Origin: an uncultured Actinomycetota bacterium
Lineage (GTDB): Bacteria; Actinomycetota; Actinomycetes; Actinomycetales; Microbacteriaceae
Reading direction: 5' to 3'
DNA length: 64,000 bases
Assembly (NCBI GenBank): GCA_963695125.1
Contig: CAVOFY010000006.1
Coordinates: 2,978 to 66,977, forward strand
Shown: in pieces, positions 1 through 9,973 of the stretch
How the letters are laid out: every line of letters starts with the position of its first letter
Position numbering within the stretch: position 1 is the stretch's first letter
Notes under the pieces: generated by a model
Databases searched by the model: none
Told to the model about the DNA's origin: nothing
The model's input: the letters and a program-made list of their open reading frames with translations, nothing else
Translations under genes and position numbers: made by a program

Positions 1-54
1 ATAGGTGGCCAGGGTCTCGCCGGTGGCCGGGTTGACGACGGCGTATTCGGTCAT
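1..54 (-). CDS. NAD(P)-dependent aldehyde dehydrogenase, probably succinate-semialdehyde dehydrogenase; only the N-terminus is in the window
   Basis: ATG at 54 gives MTEYAVVNPATGETLATY; NPATGE is a typical ALDH N-terminal motif; follows the gabT/puo operon. Confidence 0.7.
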   Translation of the reverse strand, partial: MTEYAVVNPATGETLATY

Positions 55-89
55 GCGTGGTCTCCGTTCGGGGTCGTGGATTCAGTGTG

Positions 90-1650
90 TCAGCGACGCG
101 GGCGTCGCAGGCTCGCGGGTGCGTCGAGCGAGAGCGTCTCACCGCGGAAGAACGCGGGGCGACGGATGGCCTGCCAGAACATGATCACCAGCCCGAGCCC
201 GATGATCACGACGCCCAGCACGAACACGCTCCCGACGCCGAACCACTCCGTGCCGCTGCCGTACGCCGGGTCGAGGCTCTCGACGAGCGTGATGACGAAG
301 AGCACGATCAGGATGATGCCGCCGACGAGCGGGAAGAGCAGCGTGAAGAAGAAGCTGCGCACCGAGTCCACCCACTGCTTGCGGAAGTACCAGACGCAGG
401 CGAAGGCCGTGATGCCGTAGTAGAAGCAGATCATCATGCCGAGCGTCGTGATGGTGTCCCACAGGACGTTCTCGTTGACGAACCGCATGACGGCGTAGAA
501 CACCGAGGCGACGATCGCCGACACGATCGTGGCGTAGCCGGGCGTGAAGAACCGCGGCGACACCTTGGCGAACGCGGGCGGCAGCGCGCCGTAGTGGCCC
601 ATCGCGAGGAGCGTGCGGGCCGGACCGACGAACGTCGACTGCAGCGACGACGCGGAGCTGGTGAGCACCGCCAGCGAGACGAGGAACGCGAGGGGTCCGA
701 GGATCGGACCCGAGAGGTAGAAGAACACGTTGGCCTGGATGCTCTCGTTGCCCAGACCCAGGTCCTCCGTTCCCGTGCCGGCGTAGGCGAGCAGCGAGAC
801 GGAGATCAGCAGGTAGAGCACGACGATCGTGATCACGGTGATCGTCGCCGCGCGACCGGGCGTCTTCTCGGGGTTCTTGGTCTCTTCGTTCATCGTCAGG
901 GTGACGTCCCAGCCCCAGAAGATGAAGATCGACAGCGAGAGTCCCGCGACGACGGCGGTGAACGAGCCCACCGCGAAGGGGTTGAACCACGACAGCTCGG
1001 GCATCGAGCCGTCGAACGCGTTGCCCTGCGCGACGTGCACGAAGGCCGCGATCGAGAAGAGGAGGAGCACGAGCACCTGGAACGTGACGAGCACGTACTG
1101 GAGCTTCTGGGTCGTCTGCATGTCGCGGTACGAGACGAGCGTCGCGCCGAGCATGAAGAGCAGGCAGACCCCGACGTTGATGAAGGGGTTGAAGGCGAGT
1201 TCGGCGATCGTTCCGGGGCTTCCCGCGATCTGGTCGATCAGCAGGAAGAGGAACTCGACCGCGATGCCCGCGAGGTTCGAGAGCACGAGGATCGTCGCGG
1301 CGACGAGGCCCCAGCCGGCCATCCAGCCGACCCACGGACCGAACGCGCGCGCCGCCCACGTGAACGAGGTGCCCGAGTCGGGCATCGAGCGATTGAGCTC
1401 TCGATAGCCGAACGCGACGAGCAGCATCGGGATGAAGCCGATCAGGATGATCGCGGGCACCTGGAAGCCGACTTCCGACACCGTCGGGCCGAGTGCCGCC
1501 GTGAGCGTGTAGGCCGGCGCGATGCACGAGATGCCGATGACGACGGCGCCGATCAGCCCGACGGTCCCGGCGCTGAGGCCCTTCTTGGAGAGCCCGCCGG
1601 CGCTCGCCCTCGGAGCGGGTCGGTGCCAGCGGGGCTTCGGGTGCGCTCAT
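90..1650 (-). CDS. APC-family amino acid/polyamine permease (one frameshift near 1600)
   Basis: Many TM segments, IAPAY and FWGWD motifs; the MSAPEAP start overlaps the USP stop in a different frame from the body. Confidence 0.85.
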
Positions 1651-2534
1651 CGTTGAGCCTCCTTCGTGATGCGCGTCCGGGGCGCGACGATCATGGGAAC
1701 CGGGAGCTCGTGCAGCATCTTCGCCGCCGTCGAGCCGAGGAAGAGCCTGCGCGGCTGCGCGAGCCGGCTCGAGCCGACGACCGCGATCTCGCCGGGCTCC
1801 CAGCTGAGGTGGGAGACGGCATCCTCGATGCTGTCGCCACGCGCCGTCACGACCTCGGCGTCGGTGCCCGCCGGGAGGGCCGCCGTCGCCTGGCCGAGCA
1901 CGTCTTCGGCGTGCGCGGCTCCGGCGAGGCGGATGACGCCCGTGTCGACGCTCGCGGGCAGATCCACGGTGACGAGCGACAGCAGGCGCAGCTCGGCGCC
2001 CGTCGCCGTCACGAGCGCGACGGCCTCGTCGAGCAGGGCGTCGGCGCCCGGGCGGGTGCCGATCGCCGCCGTGACGCGCGTGATCCCGATCTCGGGGTCG
2101 ACGCTGCGCGACCCTTCGGGCGCGAGCACGACGGGGATGTCCGCCGAGTGCAGCAGCTCCGTCGCGACGGTGCCGAGGCGGTGACGGCCTCGGAGACCGC
2201 CGTTGGCCGCACCGACGACGATGTGGGATGCCCCGAGCTCGCTCGCCGCGGCCTGGAGCCCCTCGGCGAACGACTCGCCGTAGCGCACATGGGTCTCGCG
2301 CTCGACGGCGGCGGGCAGGCTGTCTGGCGCCGCGCCGAGCCACTCGGCCGCCTGGCCACGAAGGTAGCGGTCGTAATCGGCATCCGGAGGCGTGATGACG
2401 CTCCGATCGGCCGCCGGCAGGACGACGACGATGTCGAGCGTCGCCTTCGCCGCGAGCGCGAGCCGCGCGCCCAGCGCGACGGCGTCGGCTCCGGCATCCG
2501 TCGCCGTATAGCCCACCACGATATGACCGCTCAT
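1647..2534 (-). CDS. Tandem-domain universal stress protein
   Basis: MSGHIVVGY...IVVGA...LGTVATELLH and VVGSSR...FLGSTAAKMLHELPVP indicate two USP domains; ATGA overlaps on both sides. Confidence 0.88.
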   Translation of the reverse strand: MSGHIVVGYTATDAGADAVALGARLALAAKATLDIVVVLPAADRSVITPPDADYDRYLRGQAAEWLGAAPDSLPAAVERETHVRYGESFAEGLQAAASELGASHIVVGAANGGLRGRHRLGTVATELLHSADIPVVLAPEGSRSVDPEIGITRVTAAIGTRPGADALLDEAVALVTATGAELRLLSLVTVDLPASVDTGVIRLAGAAHAEDVLGQATAALPAGTDAEVVTARGDSIEDAVSHLSWEPGEIAVVGSSRLAQPRRLFLGSTAAKMLHELPVPMIVAPRTRITKEAQR

Positions 2535-3893
2535 GCGCGGGCCTCCTCGATGATCTGGGACGCCACGAGGCGGCCCATGCGGATCGCGCCGTCGACGTGC
2601 TGGTAGCCGGCGCCGGCCATGTCGCTGCAGGCGAAGTGGATGCGACCGACGGGAGTCCGCAGGTCTGCGCCGTAGCGATGAAGTCCGCCGAGGTCGAAGC
2701 TCGCGGCATACGCGCCGCGCGTCCACTCCTCCGCGCCCCAGTCGCTCTCGAAGTAGACGAGCGGGTTCTTGGCTTCTTCGCCGTAGTAGTGCGAGAGGGA
2801 TTCGAGGATGCGCGCCTTGCGCTCCTGCGCCGAGACCCGGAACAGGTCGTCCGCGTTGCGGTCGGAGACGAACCCCACGAGGGTCCCGCGCTCGTCGCCG
2901 TGGTTGGTGTTGTCGTATGCCTCGTGCGAGAGCTCGTACGGGCTGAACGCCGTGCCCGACAGACCCTGCTCGCGCCAGAACGGCCGGTCGTAGACGGCGT
3001 GGACCTTGATGACGAAGCCCATCGAGAGGTGCTGATGCAGCTGCTGTTTGAGTCGAGGCAGCGGCGGATCGAACTCGATCCACGGGTAGAGGATCGGCGC
3101 GTGGGCGAGGATCACGTACCGGCCGCGCACCGTCATGCCGTTGTCGGTGACGACCGTGACACCGTCGTCGCTCGTGTGCACCTCGTTGACCGGCTGATCG
3201 AGGAAGACGTCGTCGCCCAGGCGCTCCGCGAGCAGGAGCGGCACCTGCTGGAGTCCGCCGACGACGCGCTCGTCGAGGATGTAGTCCGCATCGACGAGGT
3301 GCGTGAAGCTCCCCGCGCTCGCGGCCATGAGCAGCGCCTGCAGGGCCGAGAAGGCGTACGCGGGCTTGGTCAGCATCGCACCCGCGATGAACAGCGCGAT
3401 GTTGTCTCGCGCTTCCTGGTCGTCGGTCTGCTCGGCCAGCCACGCCTCGAACGAGATGCGGTCGAGCGCCTCGGCATCGGGGTGCTCCCACGGCTTGTCG
3501 GGGTCGATCTCGGCCACGAGCGCGTCGAGCATCTCGATGAGCCGCACCATCTCCTTCTCGGTCGCAGGCGGCACGGGGAAGATCTCGCCCGTGAAGCGCG
3601 TGACCTCGCCCTGCGCGTTGATGTAGACGGAGTCGCCCTCGCGGTAGCGGCTGAACGTCTCGAGGCCGAGCTCGGCGATCGTCTCCTTCAGCGCCTCCTG
3701 GTCGGGCGAGACCCACTGCCCGCCGATCTCGAGCATCGCGCCGTCGATGACGTCGGTCCACAGGCGCCCGCCCACGCGGTCCCGCGCCTCGACGACGGCG
3801 ACCGACAGTCCCGCCTTCTTGCAGCTCGTTCGCGGCGGTGAGGCCCGCGGCGCCCGCGCCGATCACGATGACATCCCGAGTGATCTCGGTCAT
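2531..3893 (-). CDS. puo: Putrescine oxidase (flavin monoamine oxidase family); frameshift near 3820
   Basis: GAGAAG Rossmann motif, LEIGGQWVSPDQ, EEWTRGAYAASFDLGGL, GYQHVDGAIRMG closely resemble Rhodococcus PuO as I recall it; sits in a GABA operon. Confidence 0.88.
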
Positions 3894-3939
3894 TGCGACT
3901 CCTTCGTCGTGCACAGTCTTTCTCAGGGTCCCGACATCC

Positions 3940-3959
3940 CGTCCCGCTCGAGCGGGACG
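3940..3959. terminator. Perfect 20-bp palindrome between gabT and puo (hairpin)
   Basis: CGTCCCGCTCGAGCGGGACG. Confidence 0.45.
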
Positions 3960-3985
3960 AGGAGCCGAGACGATCGGTGGTCGGG

Positions 3986-5342
3986 TCAGGCCACGGCGAG
4001 CGCGGCAGCCACGACGTCGAGGCCCTCGTGCGAGCAGCGCGTCGGGGATCGAGAGCGGAGGCAGGAAGCGGATGACGTTGCCGTACGTGCCGCAGGTGAG
4101 GACGATGACGCCCTGCGCGATGCACGCCTTCGCGACGGCGGAGGTCAGCGCGGCATCCGGCTCTCCCGTCACCGGGTCGACGAACTCGGCGGCGATCATG
4201 GCGCCATGGCCGCGGATGTCTCCGATGCGGGGGTCGGATGCCTGGATCTCGCCGAGCCGGCCCTTGAGCACGGCTTCGACCTCGCGTGCCCGCTCGAGGA
4301 GCCCCTCGGTCTCGAACACCTCGATGGCGGCGACGGCCGCAGCGCACGCGATCGGGTTGCCGCCGTAGGTGCCTCCGAGGCCGCCCGTGTGCGAGGCGTC
4401 CATGATGTCGGCCCGACCTGTCACGGCGGCGAGGGGCAGGCCCCCCGCGATGCCCTTCGCCGTCGTGATCAGGTCGGGGGTGATCCCGAACAGATCGCTC
4501 GCGAACATCTCCCCCGTGCGTGCGAACCCGGTCTGGATCTCGTCGGCGATGAAGACCACGTCGTTCGCGGTGCACCACTCGACGATGGCGGGGAGGAATC
4601 CCTCCGCCGGCACGATGAAGCCGCCCTCGCCCTGGATCGGCTCGATGATGACGGCGGCGAGGTTGTCGGCGCCGACCTGCTTCTCGATGATCGAGATCGC
4701 CTTCTTGGCGGCCTCCGCCCCCGTCAGTCCGTCGCGGTACGGGTACGACATGGGCGCGCGGTAGATCTCGGACGCGAACGGTCCGAACCCGCTCTTGTAC
4801 GGCATCGCCTTCGCCGTGAGCGCCATCGTCAGGTTCGTGCGGCCGTGGTAGCCGTGGTCGAACGCGACGACGGCCTGCTTGCCCGTGTGCTTGCGCGCGA
4901 TCTTGATCGCGTTCTCGACGGCCTCGGCTCCGGAGTTGAACAGGGCGCTCTTCTTGGCGTGGTCGCCGGGCGTGACGCGGTTGAGCGCCTCGGCGACGGC
5001 GACGTAGGACTCGTAGGGCGAGACCATGAAGCACGTGTGGGTGAACTGGGCGACCTGCGCCTGGACCGCTGCGACGATCTTCGGATGCGCGTTGCCCACG
5101 GTCGTCACGGCGATGCCCGACCCGAGGTCGATGAGCGAGTTGCCATCGGCATCCACGATCACGCCGCCCCCGGCTGCGACCGCCTCGATCGGCGCCGTGT
5201 GCCCGACACCCGCCGCGACCGCCGCCGCCTTGCGGTCGAGCAGCTCCTGCGACCGCGGGCCCGGGATGCTCGTGACGAGCCGGCGCTCCTGGGGAAGGGC
5301 GGGGCCGCCGAGCGGCGTCGTGACGGTGTCGATCGTGCTCAT
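3986..5342 (-). CDS. gabT: 4-aminobutyrate aminotransferase (frameshift near 4030)
   Basis: Class III PLP aminotransferase motifs: NSGAEAVENAIKIAR, EPIQGEGG, DEIQTGFART, TAKGIAGG, GGTYGGNP. Confidence 0.92.
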
Positions 5343-5384
5343 GTCTCGGAGCGTAAGTGCCGGAATGCTCGTCCGCACCATCCT

Positions 5385-5414
5385 GGATGTACATTCTGGA
5401 TACCAGGATGTACA
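5385..5414. promoter_or_regulatory. Candidate PucR/GabR operator in the gabT-PucR divergent gap
   Basis: GGATGTACA at 5385 and 5406 (21-bp period); TGTACATTCTGG-ATA-CCAGGATGTACA is a palindrome with one mismatch. Confidence 0.6.
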
Positions 5415-5438
5415 GCGAGTACAGCCGGAGGGGGACAC

Positions 5439-6962
5439 ATGGATGCGGCGACCGAACCTCCGACATTGCGCGCGCTTCTCGCGCGGCGGAACCTGCGCCT
5501 GCGCCTCGACGAGGACACCGTCGAGGACGGTGCTCTCGACCGCCCCGTCCGCTGGGTGCACTCGAGCGACCTCGCCGACCCCACGCCGTTCCTCTCGGAG
5601 GGCCTCGTCCTCCTCACGACGGGGACCCAGTTCCAGGGCGACGATCCCGCGCCCTTCCTCGACTACGTCCAGCGGCTCTCGGCCCGCGGCGTCGTCGGCC
5701 TCGGCTTCGGCACCGAGGTCGTCCGCGCCGGCATCCCGCCCGAACTCGCCGAAGCGTGCCGGATCGAGCGGATGCCCCTCTTCGAGGTGCCGTACCGCAC
5801 GCCCTTCATCGCCGTCGCCCGTGCGGGCGCGGAGGCGATCGCGGCGCAGGCGTACGCGCGTCGCAGCTGGGCGCTCGCGGCGCAGCGGGCGATCGCCCTG
5901 GCCGCGCTGCGCCCCGACGGCCTGGGCGCGACCCTCGCCGAGCTCGCGCGCCAGCTCGACACGTGGATCGGCCTCTTCGATGCCGCGGGCGAGCTCGTGC
6001 GCGAGCATCCCGCGGGCGCACTCGACCCCGAGACGGCGCAGGCTCTCCATGGCGAGGTCGGCGGCGTGCTCCGGCGCGGCGCACGCGCGGGATCGGCGCT
6101 GCGGATCGGCGACACCCCGTTCTCGATCCAGACGCTCGGGCGCGGCGGACACCTCCGCGGGGTCATCGCGATCGCGGCGGGCGACCTCGACCAGGAGGGC
6201 CGGGGCGTCGTCACGGCCGTCATCGCGATGGCCGGGCTCGCGCTCGAGCAGCAGCAGGGCCTCGCCCGCGCCCGCTCGGCGCTGCGCGCGGGACTCGTGC
6301 AGTCGCTCCTCACCGACGAGCCCGGTCTCGTGCGGCGGATCGCGCGCGACCTGTGGGGGCCGCTTCCGACGGCGCCGATCCTGGTCGCGATGACGGATGC
6401 CGGCGCCGCGCGCGTCGACGCCCTGGCCGAACTGCTCGAGCTGCGGGTCGACGAGCGCCGCGGCTCGCTGTTCTTCGGCCGGGGCGACGACGGCCTCGTG
6501 CTCGTCGTGCCCGCGTCGGACCGACAGATCCTCGACGAGGTGGCCGAGCGGTTCGACGCCCGTATCGGCGTCTCGGACCCTGCGTCCTACGACGGCTTCG
6601 CCTCCGCCGTCGCGGCAGGCCCGCACAGCGCGCGAGCGCGGCGGCGCCGGCGTGACCGACTTCGCCGACGTCGCCCGCGCGGGCGTGCTCTCGACTCTCT
6701 CGGCGGATGCCCGGTCGCTCGCCGAGGCCGAACTCGCCCCCCTCACGCAGCACGACGCCGCCGAGGGGACGCACCTCGTCGAGACCCTGCGCGCGTGGCT
6801 CGACCATGACTGCAGCCATGAGGCATCCGCCCACGCCCTCGGTGTGCACCGGCACACGGTCCGCACACGACTGGCCCTCGCCGAGCGCCTGCTCGGGAAC
6901 GATCTGTCGTCGTTCGCGACCCGCGCGGAGCTGTGGGCCGCGTTCCGCGCGCTCGGGGGTGA
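5439..6962 (+). CDS. PucR-family transcriptional regulator (frameshift near 6615; the last frame reads on to 7152, true stop probably near 6962)
   Basis: VRWVHSSDLADPTPFL..GLVLLTTG PucR N-domain; C-terminal HTH LGVHRHTVRTRL. Confidence 0.88.
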
Positions 6963-6977
6963 GCCCGGCCCTCTGCG

Positions 6978-7066
6978 CGTGCCGGACTTCGGAGTCCCGG
7001 GACGACACGCCGGAGTCCGCGCCGGTCAGCCCGGCGTGTCACGCAGCATCTCCGAAGTTCGGCACG
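6978..7066. repeat. Nested-palindrome (REP/REPIN-like) element, copy 1
   Basis: Outer arms CGTGCCGGACTTCGGAG / CTCCGAAGTTCGGCACG (1 mismatch); inner arms GACACGCCGG / CCGGCGTGTC (perfect). Confidence 0.8.
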
Positions 7067-7109
7067 GCAGGCGACCGCGAGGCCGGGCTCTCCCCAGAGG
7101 CCGTCGGAG

Positions 7110-8000
7110 GTGCGGTCATCCACCGATTCATCGAGGACGGTCCGACGGGTGAGCGCGTCGGAAGAGGGTGGATGCGTGTGTGCACGCGACGACGGGATCA
7201 CGAGCTTCGCGGGGCTCCGGGCTGCGGGGATGAGCCGTCGCCGCGTCGAGCGCGCGGTCTCGGCCGGTCGGCTCGTGAAGGTCGCGCACGGGCTCTACGC
7301 GGAGCCCGATGTCTGCCGCCGTCGACGGATCGCGGCAGCGCATGGCGGCGGGCTGGCCTGCGTCTCGGCCGCGCGGCACCTCGGCCTGTGGGTCCTCTCA
7401 CCCGACGAGGACCCCCACGTCGGACTCGCCGGGCACGCGCACGTTCGTCGCCACGATGGATGCCGGTGCCTCTCGCACTGGAATGACGGCGCAGCCTCGG
7501 CCTTCGGCATCCCTCCCCTGCCTCACGTGCTCCTGCAGATCCTCCGCTGTCGCGGTGTCGAGGAGTTCTTCGTCGCCCTCGAATCCGCACGGCGCTCGGG
7601 CCTGCTCACGCGCGCCGGCCTGTCCTGGCTCAGGGCACGGGTCGGCGCGTCGGGTCGGGAGGCGATCGCTCTCAGCCGCAGCGATGCCGACAGCGGGCTC
7701 GAGTCCCTCGTCAGGTGGCGGCTGCGCGACTCGGGGCTCCGCATCCGGACGCAGGTCTCGATCATCTCGGTGGGTCGCGTCGATCTGCTCATCGGCGACC
7801 GACTCGTCGTCGAGGTCGACGGAGTGTCCAACCACGAGAGCATCCCGCACCGTCACAAGGACCTCGTGCGTGACGCGCACGCCGCTCTGTGGGGATACAT
7901 CACGCTGAGGTTCGACTACGCGATGGTCGTCCACGACTGGCCGACCGTCGAGATGGCGATCCTCGCCTACGTCGACCGACGACTCCACCTCGCGAGCTGA
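7110..8000 (+). CDS. DUF559 (Vsr-like PD-(D/E)xK) endonuclease-domain protein with AbiEi-like N-terminus; start uncertain
   Basis: GRLVKVAHGLY and CVSAARHLGLW; SGLESLVR; RVDLLIGDRLVVEVDG..H; KDLVRD..GYITLRFDY. Confidence 0.82.
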   Translation: MRSSTDSSRTVRRVSASEEGGCVCARDDGITSFAGLRAAGMSRRRVERAVSAGRLVKVAHGLYAEPDVCRRRRIAAAHGGGLACVSAARHLGLWVLSPDEDPHVGLAGHAHVRRHDGCRCLSHWNDGAASAFGIPPLPHVLLQILRCRGVEEFFVALESARRSGLLTRAGLSWLRARVGASGREAIALSRSDADSGLESLVRWRLRDSGLRIRTQVSIISVGRVDLLIGDRLVVEVDGVSNHESIPHRHKDLVRDAHAALWGYITLRFDYAMVVHDWPTVEMAILAYVDRRLHLAS

Positions 8001-8003
8001 CCG

Positions 8004-8092
8004 CGTGCAGAACTTCGGAGATCAGCCGCGACACACCGGATTCGGCAGTCCGGAGCCCGGCGTGTCGGCATCCTTCTCCGCAGTTCTGCACG
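8004..8092. repeat. Nested-palindrome (REP/REPIN-like) element, copy 2
   Basis: Outer arms CGTGCAGAACTTCGGAGA / TCTCCGCAGTTCTGCACG; inner arms CGACACACCGG / CCGGCGTGTCG; same 89-bp length and layout as copy 1. Confidence 0.8.
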
Positions 8093-8124
8093 GGCGAGGC
8101 CTCGGGAGCGGAAGGATGGGCTGC

Positions 8125-8302
8125 ATGAAGGTGCCGAATGGGGACGTGTCGTGGTGGTGGCGGGACCTCGGCGGCCTGCCCGAGCCTCGGGCCGCGCTCC
8201 CCGGTGCCCCTCGACGTCGATGTCGCCATCGTCGGCGGCGGCTACACGGGCCTGTGGACCGCGTACTACCTCAAGACCCTCCAGCCCGATGTGCGGATCG
8301 CA
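8125..8302 (+). pseudogene. 5' fragment of an FAD-dependent oxidoreductase (DAO/PuuB-like)
   Basis: MKVPNGDVSWWW...DVAIVGGGYTGLWTAYYLKTLQPDVRIA, then similarity stops about 20 bp before the convergent ramB stop. Confidence 0.72.
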
Positions 8303-8322
8303 AAGCCGCGCTCAGCTCTGGC

Positions 8323-9777
8323 TCAGCGCGGGGCGTGCGCCTCGAGGAACTCGTACACGTCGGTCGTGTCGACGCCGGGGAACGACCCCGTCGGCAGCGT
8401 CGCGAGCAGCGTCCGCGGGGTCCGCACGTTCGGCCACGAGTTCTCCCGCCACGCAGCCTCGAGCTCGGCAGGAGCGCGACGGCAGCAGACTTCGACGGAG
8501 TGCTTCGACGTGCCGCGGTTGGTGGTGTCGCGGCCGAGGAACCACTTCGTGTCGTCGAATCGCACGCCGACCGAGACGGAGTGGGCGCCTTCGCTGGACG
8601 CCTCGACCCGGGCCGTGCACCAGTACGTGCCGTTGCCGGTGTCGGTGTACTGGTAGTACGGGTTGAACTTGTCGTCCTCGTCGAACACGACGCGGCTCGT
8701 CCACTTGCGGCAGCACATCTGCCCCTCGATCGCGCCGAGCCGGTCGGTCGGGAAGTTGACGTCGTCGTTCTCGTACGCCTTCGTGATCGTGCCCGACTCG
8801 TGCACCTTGAGGAAGTGCACCGGGATGTCGAGATGCGTCGTCGCGAGGTTGGTGAACCGGTGCGCGGCCGTCTCGTACGACACCGAGTAGGCGTCGCGCA
8901 GATCCTCGATCGAGATCGCGCGGTCCTTCTTGGCGTCCTGCAGGAACGGCACGGCGTGCGCTTCAGGGATGAGGAGGGCCCCGGTCAGGTAGTTCGTCTC
9001 GACGCGCTGGCGCAGGAACTCGGCGTATGACGTCGGTTCGCGGTGGCCCAGCATCCGGCTCGACAGCGCCTGGAGCACGGCCGTGCGCGGGTCGCCCTTC
9101 GCCGTGAGTCGGCTCGAGAGGTAGAGCCGGCCGTTCTTGATGTCGGCGACGCTGCGGGTCGTCTGCGGCAGGTCGGGCACATAGTGCAGAGTGAACCCGA
9201 GGTGCGCCGCGATGTCGGACGCCGTCCGCTGCGTGAGCGGGCCGCCCGGGTGGTCGACGGCCGACAGGATGCGGCGCGCCTGGCCCTCGAGGTCGGCGAA
9301 GTAGTTGTTCTGCGTGCGCATCAGGCGGCGCAGGGCGACGTTGGCGCGCCGCGCCTCCTCGGGGGTCGCGGCCCGCTCGTCCCGCAGTCGCTCGATCTCG
9401 GCCTCGAGCGCCATCATCGCCTTGAGCACCTCGGTCGGCACGGACTTGCCGATGCGGAACGGCGGGATGCCGAGGGCTTGGAAGGTCTGCCCGCGCATGG
9501 CGCGCTCGAGCGAGATCTCGAGGGTCGAGCGCTCGTCGAGCGGCTCGGACTCGAGGATCGCCTCGATCGACGAGCCGAGCGCGCGGGCGATCGCCTGCAG
9601 CAGCGTCAGCTTGGGCTCGCGGCGACCGTTCTCGATCATCGACAGCTGGCTCGGTGCACGTTCGACAGCCGTGGCGAGCTCTTCGAGCGTCATGCCCCGG
9701 TCGGTGCGCAGCTGCCGGATGCGGCGGCCGATCGTCAGCGAGTCCACGTCTTCGGTGGTGTCGAGCGTCGCGTCCAT
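8323..9777 (-). CDS. ramB: RamB/PrpR-like short-chain acyl-CoA regulator (XRE HTH plus C-terminal sensor)
   Basis: N-terminal HTH (SQLSMIENGRR), VSYETAAHRF, Cys-containing C-terminus, about 480 aa; divergent from aceB-aceA. Confidence 0.75.
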   Translation of the reverse strand: MDATLDTTEDVDSLTIGRRIRQLRTDRGMTLEELATAVERAPSQLSMIENGRREPKLTLLQAIARALGSSIEAILESEPLDERSTLEISLERAMRGQTFQALGIPPFRIGKSVPTEVLKAMMALEAEIERLRDERAATPEEARRANVALRRLMRTQNNYFADLEGQARRILSAVDHPGGPLTQRTASDIAAHLGFTLHYVPDLPQTTRSVADIKNGRLYLSSRLTAKGDPRTAVLQALSSRMLGHREPTSYAEFLRQRVETNYLTGALLIPEAHAVPFLQDAKKDRAISIEDLRDAYSVSYETAAHRFTNLATTHLDIPVHFLKVHESGTITKAYENDDVNFPTDRLGAIEGQMCCRKWTSRVVFDEDDKFNPYYQYTDTGNGTYWCTARVEASSEGAHSVSVGVRFDDTKWFLGRDTTNRGTSKHSVEVCCRRAPAELEAAWRENSWPNVRTPRTLLATLPTGSFPGVDTTDVYEFLEAHAPR

Positions 9778-9834
9778 TTCGTCCTCCCGGTCGCGGTCGT
9801 TGCTCGAATTCTGTCACGAAAGCAGAAATATCGA

Positions 9835-9881
9835 GAAAACTTCACACGCAGATTGGACGGTTCACCCGCGGAACTTCACTC
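9835..9881. promoter_or_regulatory. Candidate RamB boxes (two AACTTCAC direct repeats)
   Basis: GAAAACTTCACAC at 9835 and GGAACTTCACTC at 9870 in an AT-richer gap; partly resembles the Corynebacterium RamB box AA/GAACTTTGCAAA. Confidence 0.45.
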
Positions 9882-9973
9882 AGAGTGGACACACGACCCA
9901 CCATCACCGGCACTCGAACCCCGCAGCGCCGACCGCCACAGCTTGCTCATTCCGCACAAGAGAGGTCAGGAAC

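Noticed and set aside
57-2709. Long antisense or alternate-frame ORFs (849 aa and 856 aa here, also 43843-47232)
   Set aside because: R/A/G/P-rich shadow ORFs of real genes, with no recognisable motifs.
1647-6866. 1739-aa ORF joining gabT, the oxidase start and USP
   Set aside because: Chance read-through caused by frameshift errors and the scarcity of stops in high-GC DNA; each part has its own start and family.
7110-8000. Complete type IV AbiE toxin-antitoxin system
   Set aside because: No AbiEii nucleotidyltransferase gene is adjacent.
6978-8092. CRISPR array or classical IS element
   Set aside because: Only two repeat copies, no spacer series, no cas gene, no DDE or HUH motif and no target-site duplication seen.
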